In this document: piece after piece, positions 40,001 to 53,974 of the stretch
How the letters are laid out: each line of letters begins with the position of its first letter
How positions within the stretch are numbered: position 1 is the first letter of the stretch
Assembly: GCF_964355755.1 (NCBI RefSeq)
Contig: NC_092671.1
Span: 6,138,001 to 6,202,000 of the forward strand
Direction of reading: 5' to 3'
Source of the DNA: Antedon mediterranea
Taxonomy: Eukaryota; Animalia; Echinodermata
Length of the DNA stretch: 64,000 nucleotides
Program-made: the position numbers and the translations under genes
Notes under the pieces: model-generated
The model's database searches: none
What the model was told of the DNA's origin: nothing
What the model saw: the letters and a program-made list of their open reading frames with translations, nothing else

Positions 40001-41975
40001 ATTATTTGATAATAATTTATATGTAATTTATTCTATTTATGAAAAGAAATACTTTATTGAATATTTTCATTTTTAACATACAGTAAAATCCTTGTATTGA
40101 ATATTTTAGGTTTAGTGAGAAAAAAAATCGATATCCATTAAAAATGATGCAAATTAATAGTAATAATATTTTTTTTCTATTAAGCAAAACAATTTATAAT
40201 TTCAAATTGTTACATACTGTAAAGTGAAGCAACAATGACAACACTTTAGATACGAGAACCAAGAGAATGTTGCAGGAATAGCTTGGTCAGCTGTTTCGTC
40301 TCTCCCTTCTTTTATACCCCAACATACCCTGCTGTTAAGTCTGCTACTGCCTGAGCTTAAATTTACCGTACGACAAGTTTAATGAGTGCATATTTGTAAA
40401 CTGAAGACATTTATCTAGCCTGGGGCTGCAAACATTTTATGGGGATCATCTTATACAATTTTTTTTCACATATTTGCTAAGCTAACAAACCAGTTTAAAG
40501 CTCATCCAATATTGCGTTGTCTGATGGTAGTCTTCTAAGTTTGCATACTTCTACTTCTAGGTTAGTGGTTCATCATCTATCATGTTTCCAAGCATTGTTA
40601 AAAGCATTTTGCATCACTTACTACATTTTGCCAAAGATGGAATTAAAGAAACTAGTTGTAGATTTATCTTCATTAAATTTAAAAAAATTAAGAGTTTAGA
40701 TGATGAATCTCAAGATAAAAAGATACTATAAGTTGTTCATTTAAAAAATATTTTAAAATAATTATGAAAAAATAACCTAAAGATTTTTTGGTAATATTTT
40801 ATATTTCTTATTAATTTCTCTGTCATTATTGTAGTATGAAAAGTTATATTTTACAGTAATAATACTGTAATAATATTATAGCATGACAAAATAATTTGGT
40901 ATTATATTCAATTTGTTATTATTTGCATATTAGACAATGGCCACCATGGGGATAAGACAAGTAGTGTCTTAGTCTTTGTTCACAAAGACCAAATGAGAAT
41001 GAAAGATTTATGTTTATAAAGAAAGACAATAACATTAATAACCAATTAGTCATCATCAAATCATCTCAAATGACGTAAATGCACATAGACTGTTTTTTAT
41101 TTTCCATTAAAGTATTCCCTTCTTCTTCTTTTGTTGAAATTTGTGATATACTGTAGAAAAAACGTAATGAAATTCAGTTAAAACTTTCAACAAATTAAGA
41201 CGGTATATGTAAAAAAATAACTGCAATGTATGTATTTTTGCTACTTCTGCTAAACAGACTTCTCCATTAATCTTGTTTTAAAACTTTATTTTTAAAATGT
41301 ATGTTTTCCTAATGAATTTTAGTAGATTAGAAAGTAATTTTGCCAGTGTAGCAAAAAGTTATACAAAACTACCTTCTGCTACACAATAAACTCTGCAGCA
41401 AAAATATAAATTAGAAAACTATGTAACTACACTTAATTTCAGTTTGATTAGCAATATTGCTAATCAAAATTTTAAAATGAAATTGACAATAAATTGTTGA
41501 AAGTATCCAGTCTAGTTTTTTTTAATGCATGTGAAAGTACATTAGATGCAACTTAAGATGGTTTTTTTTATCACATCGAGTCTTTCTAGTAATCCTTCAA
41601 CTGGCTCCATAGTATTAAATAATGAGTATTTAATCTTGTCTCAAAGGTTACAGATTTTGATGACATTTTAGTTTTGACGACTTTCTAAAGCGATATAACA
41701 AGTAACAAACCTGTGGGAAACTGCTTTTTTTTTTCTCCCAACAATTATTTTTCGACCTTTTTGTTAAGTTATTGTGCTGTATCAAAGTTTCTTTATGTAT
41801 TATCATTGTCAGCCGGTAAGTAAAAAATGTTTATTATATATACAGTCAACTCTCTCTTGATAATAAAAAAAACATTGGTGTTGATGCTTAGGTGGATTTA
41901 TAAACGTACAAACACTTATCAATTGATGTTCTGCTGGTTGTAGGAGGTATTGTAAGAAGGGTAGTATAATCTTAA

Positions 41976-42595
41976 AGACCCCTTCCCTGCAATTTGGACG
42001 TTTTTTGGAAAATAATACATAGATATCACTTTAAAAACATTAAACCATGTCATTCCTTGTCTTAAATGTACGTTTTATGTTAAATTATGATAAAAAGTGA
42101 GAAACAATGCACTACCTAAGTAGCTCGCGGCGATCGACCTCTCGTGGACGGTCTTAGGCCTAGCCTAGCTAGGCTTAGTTTTGTAGGCTGGTAAACATCG
42201 GTAACGTACGAACATCGTACGCGAGCTATATACCTAGCCTGACGTTGTATAGTTGCTGCATTAATTGTCTTTCTATTTTTGCCAGACTCCGTTGATACAA
42301 ATTGGGGAAAACCCGGTATTTTCGCTGAAAAGTTAGGAGTCTTCCATTTGTTTTGGCCTCACGATCGATCGAAAAGTGGGCGAATTACAGGTGAAAAACA
42401 AAAATATCAATCCGCGCGCAATGCATTTTGGGATTTATAGCGGGCCGCTATAATTATTAGAATCGGCTTATTTTTCACATTTTTAACCGTTTAAAGACAA
42501 AAAAAGTTATCGCAATAGGACCATATAGTATTATTTTTACATTAAATATAGTTTGTGATCTTAAATTAGATCTAAAAAACGTAGGGAATGGGGCT
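41976..42595 (+). mobile_element. Non-autonomous DNA transposon with TTAA TSD, Kolobok-like (copy 2)
   Basis: Near-identical to 18208-18833 with unrelated flanks; TTAA TSD. Confidence 0.82.
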
Positions 42596-45500
42596 TTAAC
42601 AAAAGAGAGGGAAGGAAAGACTCCAACAACCCTATAAAGACTAATCCAAACTAGTAGTTTTGCAGAACAAGTTAGGTCATGCTGATTCAATGTACACATG
42701 CATGAATGTTGGCACATGCTTTCCCACTAGTATTTTTCGACACAGTTTTGTTGCAGTAGTTTCTAGGTCCAGGTGACGACCAGTGACAACAGTACATACA
42801 GTAGGTCCTAGTCGTTTGGTCCAAAATCAAAACTTCCTAATATTAACATTTAGCTCTCAACAATAAATAATACGAATGTTTAGTGATAGCATTACATTTC
42901 AATTTGCAAATGGATCTAGTTTTCGACATTTTGTAACTAAGCGACTTAATAGTGACAGTTAAATTATATGTAAAATCTGAAAATGTTTAGATTTATGTGA
43001 TTTTTAAAGTTTTGTTTTAAAATTGCCAAAAAAAGAACAAACATTGCTTTTGCAAATGGATCTTGAAAAACCTGCTAAAATGGAATTGTTGCTAAAATTC
43101 TTCTTTATTGTTATTTTACAATTTGTCAACATTTCCATTTTCAAAGTTTAGAACTGTCACTGTTAAGAACAAGATATATTTATTGGTATTCTTAATGCTT
43201 AAAACGAAAAGAAGAGTAGACATAAGAAATGCACAGGTTGCATTTTATTACTTAGAAAAATATAATTATTTTAGAAAGCTTAGGTCTGTTGACTGATGAT
43301 ACTAATACAACTTTTGCACATGTATTGACATTTTCATTGTTTATCATCAATTTGCTGACAGTAAAAAATACTAGGGAAGTGAAAGACATAATGTTTTTTT
43401 TCTCTCTTAAATAATGGAATAATAAATCCAATCTGAAGTGCTGTATTCGATAAAAAAGATTATTGACTTTATAAACTTAAAACTAAATTAATCATCAGAT
43501 TGAGTTTTATTATAACAACAGTAACTTTCTTGATTACGTTATTTTGGATCCTCATCTTTACTTGCCTCATTCTCCATAAAGACAGTTTGTAACAATTGGA
43601 ACATTGAGACAATCTCAACTACTTTTTTCCTTTTGAAAACCCATGGTGCAACTTTTTTGATAACATTTTCAATTGAACTGTATTGACTTCTCATTTATTA
43701 AAATGTGTTCATTATTTTCCAACATGACATTTTTTGAAGAGCAGGACATAGAGAACTTTACACAGGTGTTTGGAATGTGTAGTCAATTCTCTTCTAATAT
43801 CTTCTCAGGTTTATCAGTTAAAAACAGATGTTTTGACACATAATAATTACTGCGCTGAACAATTTTGTCAAAGTTTAATTAGAAAGAACATAGAAATAGT
43901 GTGAATAATTACAATATAACTAATTTGTAATGGAATGAAAAATATAAGAAGAACTTACTAATTTTACATTTTAAAATAGCACTAAAAATTATTATTATTA
44001 TATTATCTAGTAAAGTAAACTTTAGGTTATATTACTGTATTTAACATGAAGAGTACAACATGTTGTATATGATTTTATGAGATATTAATGTTTATAATGG
44101 TGAAAGTTTAAACATAAAACAGACGAGAGAAATCTTAAGCAATATGGGTTAATGATTTACAGTCTTGAAATGTCTTGGATTGTTCAGTAGTGTCTGTAAA
44201 AGTTATTAGGTTGTAAGCACTTATGATGATAATGATATTTATATATATTATTAGTATTATCAAATAAAGTAAGGATTTTACCAAACTTAAAAAAAAGCCC
44301 TTTTTTACATTAATTCAAGTTCTTATAAACATTTACGAGACCATTATGTAGTCGCTGTTAAAGAGAATACATCCATTGGAATACCGAGGGCACACTAATT
44401 TCTCGGTGAAGCAAACGTTATTGACATCACTATTAGCAGACACTTTGGGGGTCCTGAAGGTGCCTTCTTTAATGGAGGTTCTATCATTACAAATTATTTG
44501 AATTTTTCCAAATACATAAACCATCCAAGTTATTAGGCACTGCAACAGAAACTATCATTTTATTTGGTATTTTTAACCAGCAGTCGGATTTTATTAGAAA
44601 TATTATATATACGAACGATACTTTATAACATAAAGTAAAGAAACACTCTATGCATGACCTGTTCAAATGTCATTCAACAAAATGTACTACACAGTTTTGA
44701 CATGGCAGCAATGTGATAATGTTTTCGTAATATAGATTAATACAAATCCCAAATGCATTATATGTATCGTAATAATTATGCCCAGCTATGGGTAATATAG
44801 TCTCTCATTCAATATTTATATTCAAGAATGTAGTATAGTAGTAATTTGTTACTGCCATAAGTTAAAAACAATAATTATATCTAAGTATTATTATAGCAGT
44901 AAATTATTTCATATCAGGGTATTGTTTTCGTAAATAACCAATTATGTAACTTTTATTAATATAGACAGAACACATGAATAATCTTGTTCTGACTGTAGGC
45001 TTGCTAGCAATATTTCTTTTCGTACATAAGGACCCCTTATGAAATGTCGCAAAATGAACATGAATATTCATTAATAGTCATATCCATATGGTGTGACGTA
45101 CGAATTGATCTACAATTCATGCCGTTTGTGTAGTCGAATGAATTAGACTATGGACTTTGCATGTTGATATATGGGGTTCGAATCCTATGATCAACTCGTT
45201 TTACTTTTAATAGAAGGAGAGATTATTTAGAAGGTTTTATTTAGGAAGTAGTCCAGCTACCTTTCACATTTATAAGGTGTCCAACAATTTTGCATACAAA
45301 ATAAAAAATATAAAAAATTGCACCCTGCTATTGGTTGGTCATTGCATATTTCAGATAAGTTCAGGTTTCAAACTTGCAAACCATTTTAAGATTGGTCTTG
45401 GAAGCTTAATTTACACCTAAAATGCTATCTGGCATCCACTCTCATCTTTCATGAATGTACAGTATCCCTGTAATTTTTAAAGCCATGTTCTCACATGAAT

Positions 45501-46990
45501 AAGATTGGATTTAGATAAGAACTTGCTAAACTACAGTGCTATTACGTTTATTTATTAAAAGACAAATACATCACATCACATTTTTCTAATGAACATTAAT
45601 ATTACAAGAAATAGGACAGTGTTGTAACGCAAATTAGAATGTAATACAATTGCAGAAAGCATTTAGAGTTATGATAAGCATTTGAGACCAGACAGCATTT
45701 TTACTGGCATTTAATATTGGCCTTTATGACTGATATAAAATTATACAATCACTATTTTCAACTTATGAGAGCTACATTAACGATATGATTATTATTATGA
45801 TAACATCATATATGAATGCAGACGATATTAAACAGTTATTATCCTTGTATGTTGTGTATGTTTATGAGAGGTAATTAAGCAAAATGTAATTTATTACCCA
45901 ATCAAATTACAACATCATAGATAGAATGACACATTAAGCCATGTTAGGTCATGAACTTTAGTTTTTCATTGCAGAAATCCTAGCTGCTAGTACGCCATAC
46001 TTTAAATACCGATGTCTTAGGGACAACGCATCTCGGTTGCCTACAACACCATGCTGAGATCTTGCTGAGACTGCATTTGCGTTAGTTTTAGGGTTGATTA
46101 GGATATTCTGGCATGAAATATTAAGGGAGCGGTAATCTATGGTTATAACATTAACAATGGTTATATTAGTAACTATATATTCTGATGTGCACTTTTCATT
46201 CAGCATTTTGTTAATTGTGTCTGAAGAAATTAAGATATATTACAGACATAAGAGGCAATAGTACAGCATTAGCTTTTCAGAGTCCTAAGTTTTACACCAA
46301 AATAATGGCCTTGTTTTATCTATGATAAACTACAGTACAATAGCATTGCGAATTAAACAAAATGAACTTGCTTTGTCACATTTAGCTTCTAATTAATTGA
46401 AAATCTGTAAATTAGGTTTGAGGATTTTGTTTGCAGTCATAAGAAAAACATTTTGATCTGTCTCTCTATATCTTGCCCATTGGATAGGATGTTAAGCCCT
46501 TGGTCTTAACAAAAAGCACATGTGCAAGAAAAGTAGACTAGAAGTACTGTATACACTATTTATATCCTGGTGTGCATGCTGTGGCTGTCATGGGTCTTGC
46601 GGTAATTACCTCCCATGAATAATACAATTATTACATAGACAAAGAGAATTCAAAACTTTTGTTGTGTGTTATAAATGTTTAAACAATCAAACTTCTTATT
46701 CATAAAAGATGTTTTATGAAATTATTTTCTATTTCTTGAAATGTTCTATAAAGCTGTGCAGATAACTTAAACTATTGATTTAGAAAAAAAAAGTTCCAAC
46801 AGCTGTGAATTCTGATTTTTAAAGTATGTCATTCTCCAATGTATCAGTGAGTGAATGTAGACATTATTACATGTGTTGTGTGAGGCTTAAAAAGGGTTAG
46901 ATTCAGTTCAAGTAGACATTTATTTCCCATCGCATAGCTCGGTCTAGTTTCTCATCCTGGAAGTTCTAGTTAAATCTTTGCTGATGTCCA

Positions 46991-47140
46991 TTAAGCTCTG
47001 TCGACACTATCAAACTATTTTTTTTTTAAAGTGTGCCCAAATATGGTAGTGATATACCAAAATATGGTAGTGGTATGTCCATATATGGGCACATCACATT
47101 TTGTTGTCACATTAAGTTTGATAGTGTAGACAGAGCTTTA
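46991..47140 (+). mobile_element. MITE family A at the junction of a local tandem duplication
   Basis: Both TIRs; TTA TSD. Confidence 0.9.
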
Positions 47141-47552
47141 GATTTAGTTCAAGTAGATAATTATTTCCCATGGCATACCTCAATCTAGTTTCTTATCCTA
47201 AATCTTTGCTAATGTCCATTAGATCACACAGAATTTACTAGCCTTATTTTACTATTATATTTCTAGATTTTCTCTTCAGCATTTGAAAGGATAAACGGTT
47301 GGGATAGGGTTACATACATAACATACCTAAGCATACCCTTTGAATCATGGTTATTTCGTTACATCCAATAGGGAAAGTTCTGTTGAAGAATTTTGGGCAA
47401 TACGCAGAAAAAAAGATATGTTTACAGAGAACTAACCCAAAGAGTGCGCTGTTTAAATTACAGTCAATCAAGTAAATTTATTTTCATTTGTAAACATGAT
47501 ATAAAAAACATTTTCATTGAAATTAATTTGAATGGTTTCGGTATTTATAGAA

Positions 47553-47678
47553 CTGGTTTCTGGGTTGGTAAAAAACTAAACCCTGCCGCACACCATTCCG
47601 TTATTTCAAGGTTTCGGGGTTGGTAAAAAATTAAACGCCACCGGACACCATTCCGGTATTTCAAGGTTTCAGGGTTTT
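47553..47678. repeat. Short direct repeat, ~57-bp unit x2
   Basis: GGTTTC.GGGTTGGTAAAAAA...CACCATTCCG.TATTTCAA occurs twice. Confidence 0.7.
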
Positions 47679-49987
47679 ACTCTGCCCTGTGTGAAAAATC
47701 TGAGCACCACTTTTTTGTCTTCAGATCCAATTGTAGATGGTGGATTTTAGTTAGAAATTACTTCATAGACTTGTTTGCTGCCACCTCGTTGCATAGTACA
47801 GTCAATCTTTCAACTCATAAAATATTCTCTTATTAAATTCAAATTGTACAGTAAACATACATTATTTGTATACTATTTTTAATCTTCATTTTACTTTGTC
47901 ATTTTGCACAAATCAAGTGTTTCTTAAAAGTATTTTTTGTGAATGATAATTTCATACCTGTCGCATTACAGAAGACGATGTCGCAGACGATCAAAGATCG
48001 CATATTCCACTCTCGGAAATGGAACAGGTGTGAACGTACCTTAATACAGATTATCTGAAAATGATTTATTCACGAATGTAACGTTTGCATTTTTACTTGA
48101 AAAAATGTATTCATGAATAAAATTCATTATTAGATTGTACCTGGTTGTGGCCTTTAGATTTATTGAATATTATTAAGTTATGTGTTAAGTATTTGTGAGT
48201 AATATTTTCAATAGACTGATTCTTTCATGCATAGTGTGTATTGTTCATGTTGATCACACATTTGTTGAATGTATATTTATATTTACAAATACTGTCCTAA
48301 TAATATAATAATCTTATGGTAACACACTTAATGTGAAATTGATGAAATAAAAGGTACGGTTTAGAAAAAATAGAAAAATGTATTGATACTTGAAACTAGC
48401 AGGATTGTCAGTATACTGCCCTCTATATTTGGGTTAGTATCCTTCATTACACATAACACCTTCACAGTAATTAAAATGATTACAATATATACATTGAGTG
48501 GGGTTATTATCTAAAAAATATAATGCCTTTAATGTTTCTATATTGCAAAACGCAAACAATTTTTTGGACTATTAAAAATAAATGTCTTAATGATAAAAAG
48601 TCGCGAAAATTGTTATGAAATACTGTAGTCGATAAAATACATTATATACCATTAACTTATGAATTATTGCAAGTAATCTTCTTAATATAAACATTCAAAG
48701 CACGTCTTGTTATTTCTTTAATCATGAAAATTACTTTGCATTATTATATTAAATTTTATGAGAATATATCGTGACTGAAATATATCATAGTCTATTAAAA
48801 GCTATATTAGCATTTTTTCATATTATTTTCCTCTGTTATGCAATTTTTTGTTCAATTATGGAACAAAATATGTATTAGCAACCGTTTAAAAACTGTTAAA
48901 ACCCTTTTTATATTATTTTCCTATTGAATAATTATAGATTATATCCATGTCACATGCTAGGTCAACTATAAACTTAACCTTTGCAGGCTTAACTAGGCAG
49001 ACGTGCATTGCTTACATTACATTTCAAAGATTTAATGAAGTGTATAATTAGTGTACGAATGAATGTGCTACTGAGGGGGAAAAGAAGAAGTTTCTTAAAA
49101 TATTAAATACTGTAAATTCTTTGGTAAATGGTTAAAAATTGCCATACCAAATTTGATGTTAAGCCACTGTTGAGTAATCGGGCAAAAAAAATGTACTTTT
49201 GAACCCCTAATGAAGAGACACTTTTGTGACCCAAAAGTGTAGTGTTAAAACATATTTCTATTTTCTCCCCGAGAAAGGAAAGGGTTAATGAAAATAGACT
49301 GGTAGAACTGTTGAATGGTCTTCTAAATTTCACCAAATACAGACATTGTTATTTATTATTATTTTGTTGTCTGCTAATATCAATTTATTTTTTACAAATA
49401 AATTTGTTTCTTTGGCCAAATTTAGTAGCGGTGTAAGGTCATTGAACTTTAGTTTATCTCAATACGGTACTACAATTATTCAATTCTGAACAAACTCTAA
49501 TCAAATTTCAAATTTGTTTTTGATATCTGAAGAATTAACGTCAGATTTCTACGTAATTTATTATCAATTATAAAAACCAGATATTTGATATTTAGATAAT
49601 TATACAACGGTGAATTTATGAATTAAATGTAAATTTAGATTCTATGTAAACAGCTCAAAATGGCAATGAAATATTGTACAAAATTAGTATCATTTTTAGA
49701 GAATGCATATTACAGTACAAAGTGCTCACTGGCTAAAACCAAGGGGCAATAAGCAGCCCAATGCAACTACCCAGCATTGGAGGGCCCCTTAGTAGTGCTA
49801 AAACAAGGGCCTTTGCCCACTGTGTTACGCCACTGTGTAATAATCTTTTGAAAGAATATCATGTATAATATCAATATTTCCATTTCTTTATAAATCTGGA
49901 TATTATATTAGCTGTGTTGTACTGTAGATACAGTAGTAGCACTAGATTCAACTAGAATGTTAATGACAAAACCATTATGAATTATTC

Positions 49988-50203
49988 TCGGATAAGGACT
50001 ATAAACCGTAGGTCCAGTGTACACATCTAGCTCGTGTGCAATTTAAAGAACCTAGTACATCTTTCGAGACGAGTAGGGGGTTACCCCGACCCCGGTGTAT
50101 TAGTACATCACAGCCACTGATCACCAACTGGGCCCTCTGGGAGACCAGTCTTTGACTGAAGAGGTTACCCAGTATAAATATATATTTCAATCAATCAATC
50201 AAT
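49988..50203 (+). mobile_element. 5'-truncated SINE with a Deu/Nin-like domain and (CAAT)n tail
   Basis: TCGGATAAGGACTATAAACCGTAGGTCC...TTAAAGAACC...GAGTAGGGGGTTACCCCG resembles the conserved Deu domain of AmnSINE/DeuSINEs as I recall it. Ends in TCAATCAATCAATCAAT. Confidence 0.72.
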
Positions 50204-51231
50204 TAGGTAGGTTTTTACTATTTTTTATTTTTATTTCCATTTTCCGAATGGTTAAAACAAATTTACAATTTTAACAATTCATCATTTGGTAGAAATACAG
50301 TATGGTACTTTAGAATATTATAATGATATAAAATATAAATGTTGATATTTAATGATGATGAATTGCACAATCCATGGATTGAACAGCAGAGCCCCTCCTG
50401 TGGGACACCCCCATTCAGGGGATATCCCTATTAAAGGGATGCTCTAACCTGGCTTTAACCATCCCTGCTTTAACTTTCCAATTTGTGTTTTCCATATTTA
50501 CTACAGTACCACATTGATAACATTGTGTAGAAACCATTACAATATTTTCTTATAGCTACAGTACAGGATGTTGGCTGGAATGTATTGTATAGTTAAAGCA
50601 CAATACAGCAATAGTATTTTTGAGTGATTTATTTATACTTTTACAAGGTGTTTTTTTTTCAAAACCACAAAAGCTTTATTTGCCAAGGTCAATATTCTTT
50701 GGCATACCAATGAATTGTAGTATTAGAATACATCCACCAGTTAAGAATGATTAACCCATGAATTGAACTTTTCTGCAGAAGGTATGTACAGTAGTGATAT
50801 AGTGATGCCTGCGCTTTCTTTGTATTAGAATTTGTAAAGAGCTTTTATATTGTATTCTTTTTCACTGTGTTAACATTGAATATGATAATTGATATTGTGT
50901 TTAATATTAAAATTACTCATTTTGACAGCTTCTGTTACATTTACAATAGATTTGTTTGTATTTTAGATAAACAACAACGACATAAATACAATGGTTGTTA
51001 GTTTGTAGTATCCAACATTGTTACTAGTATTATTAGCATGTGTCCAAAACCATATCACTCAGGTGTAAATAGGTACCAGTATACTGGCAGAATCTATTAT
51101 CAGATGAAGATAACAGTCACACTGGCCGTACCATATCCAAATAATGGTCTCTGTAGTTAGAGTTAGACATTTTCAGTGAAAATATATCTTGTTACTGTAC
51201 AAACCCCTGAGTTTTATTAATTGGTTGTATC

Positions 51232-52166
51232 ATTCAACTGTTCAATTATTAATAATCAATAATCAATGTAATATTAACTGTACAATGTCATGAGTTTGAT
51301 TTATTGATTGTATATCAACTGTTTGATTATTAATAATCAATAATCAATGTAATATTCACTGTACAATGTCATGAGTTTGATTTATTGATTGTATATCAAC
51401 TGTTCAATTATTAATAATCAATAATCAATAATCAATGTAATATTAACTGTACAATGTCATGAGTTTGATTTATTGATTGTATATCAACTGTTTGATTATT
51501 AATAATCAATAATCAATGTAATATTAACTGTACAATGTCATGAGTTTGATTTATTGATTGTATATCAACTGTTCAATTATTAATAGTCAATAATCAATAA
51601 TCAATGTAATATTAACTGTACAATGTCATGAGTTTGATTTATTGATTGTATATCAACTGTTTGATTATTAATAATCAATAATCAATGTAATATTAACTGT
51701 ACAACAGTCATGAGATTGATTTATTGGCTGTATATCAACTGTTTGATTATTGATTATTAATAATCAAACAGTTGATATACAGCCAATAAATCAATGTAAT
51801 ATTAACTGTACAATGTCATAAGATTAATTCATCGGTTGTATATAAACTTTTTGATTATTAATAATCAATAATCAATGTAATATTAACTGTACAATGTCAT
51901 GAGATTAATTTATCGGTTGTATATCAACTTTTTGATTATTAATAATCAATAATCAATGTAATATTAACTGTACAATGTCATGAGATTGATTTATCGGTTG
52001 TATATCAACTGTTCGATTATTAATAATCAATAATCAATGTAATATTAACTGTACAATGTCATAAGATTGATTTATTGGTTGTATATCAACTGTTTGATTA
52101 TTAATAATCAATGTAATATTAACTGTACAATGTCATGAGATTGATTAATGTTTGTATATCAACTGT
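51232..52166. repeat. AT-rich tandem array, ~82-89 bp unit, ~11 copies, with an internal inversion
   Basis: Unit TCAACTGTTYRATTATTAATAATCAATAATCAATGTAATATTAACTGTACAATGTCATGAGWTTGATTTATTGATTGTATA. Confidence 0.92.
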
Positions 52167-53861
52167 AAAGTAAGATTATCGTAAATGATTATAATTTGTG
52201 GCTTGGCATTTCACCTTATTGAATGTCTCTAATCTTAATTGATTAACCCTGCCAAAGAGCAATTACTAAAGTAAGCAATTTTATATTTTTTGTAATGGAA
52301 ACCCATAAATATTTTGACTATAAAAGCATGATTTAAAAAAAGCATGTGATCTTTTAATTGCACTGATGATATGTGTAGTACGCTGCTATTGATTTTTAGC
52401 AGTTTTTTTGTAACCTTCAACCAAACATAATGTGTCTCTTTTATTTAATTATTAATGTAGCTGTTATAGTATTCATAGAAAATGTATAAACTATATAATA
52501 TACTATATACAGATAAATAGTCCTCTTTTATATTCTTCAACCATTGCCAATTATAAGATGCTTTAAATAAACCTACGTTTTCTAAATTAAGTATTGATGT
52601 GGGGCGCTATTATTATGGCAATATATTTCAGTGTAGCAGAAAAAAATATCCAAAAAAAAAATGACAGAAACCAAGAAGTAGGATATTCTCTTTTTAAATT
52701 TAAATTGTCTATATTTACCCAAAAAATGGAAATTGTCTTAAATTTAATTTAAAGTAATAACATTGTTGCAACCCAATGACTCTCTTTATACATCTTCGTA
52801 TTTGTTTTCTCTATATATTGTATAAAGTATATCTTGTTGTTTAAAATTATTATTTAATATATAGTATTAGTTCAATAATATCATCATGCAAACTGTCATA
52901 TTTAAAGAATGTCTTTATAAGCCTAGTTTGAGCACTTTATTCTTTACTTCATATCTATGTCTGTTAATTGACAACTATGTGATAGTATGATAATTACTCA
53001 AGATGAAAATCACTAGCAATATAGAGACGAGCTAACGTGTTAAGACCTTTTATGAAGTTTAAACATTATTGTACTTAAATGATAGGCGGTTTGATTGAGA
53101 TTGAACATAATATAAGTGAACTGGCACTTTACGATTTCGCCAAAAAGGCGAATTGTATGTATTTCTTTCAATTTTAAGAAAGGCACAATACCAATATCCC
53201 GGCGCTACTTTACCTGTATTGACATGAACAGGTGCACCAAATGATATTTTATGTCACATTAAATCTACTTCTTGGAAATTGGACGGCACACCTTTCGTTT
53301 ATCTGACTGTCGACAGATGTTTCACTAGTGTAGAATAATTGTGTTGAACCGAAGAACTTAAAATTTAAAGTCAGGCCATTTGCCATCAAGTCGCAGGTTT
53401 AAATGGACAGGTGTGATACTGATAAGATCGAACATACTTACTTGCAGTATTATCATGTTCAGGCACTTTACCATTACGTCACAATGCATGTTTAATAATA
53501 ATAATTGGCATGAACAGGTGTTGAAATGAAAATGGAATAATCCAATATTTTAAGTAGCATTAGGTGTTCTATGACAACTGGTATAGTTTGCTAGTGTCGT
53601 TGGGATATACGTTGACATTTAAAGATTAATATCTATTGTAGATACTTTAGTCAATTTGCCTTGCCGCATTTTGTTAAGTTTCTATTCAATGAACTATGTT
53701 CAAATTTCTCACAATCATTGATCATCTCTCCTGTGTAATATTTAAAAAGAAATTTCTTTGATATTTATTTTTTTTTAAAGAAACTCACCTAATTTTAAAT
53801 AATCAATTGTATGAAAAATATTTTATACAAAATGTTGGAGGCATGGAAAAGGTCGATCGTC

Positions 53862-53974
53862 TTAAGCTAGTCTACTCTATCAAACTTGACGTGACCGTAT
53901 ATGGACATGATGATGTCATATCACTACCATATTTGGGCACACCACGCTTTATTGATAGTGTAGACAGAGCTTTA
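53862..53974 (-). mobile_element. MITE family A (reverse, internally deleted)
   Basis: Both TIRs; TTA TSD. Confidence 0.8.

Noticed and set aside
44340-44485. Cadherin-like peptide YVVAVKENTSIG on the plus strand
   Set aside because: A stop follows within a few codons and there are no convincing splice sites. The segment looks more like a decayed inverted-repeat element.
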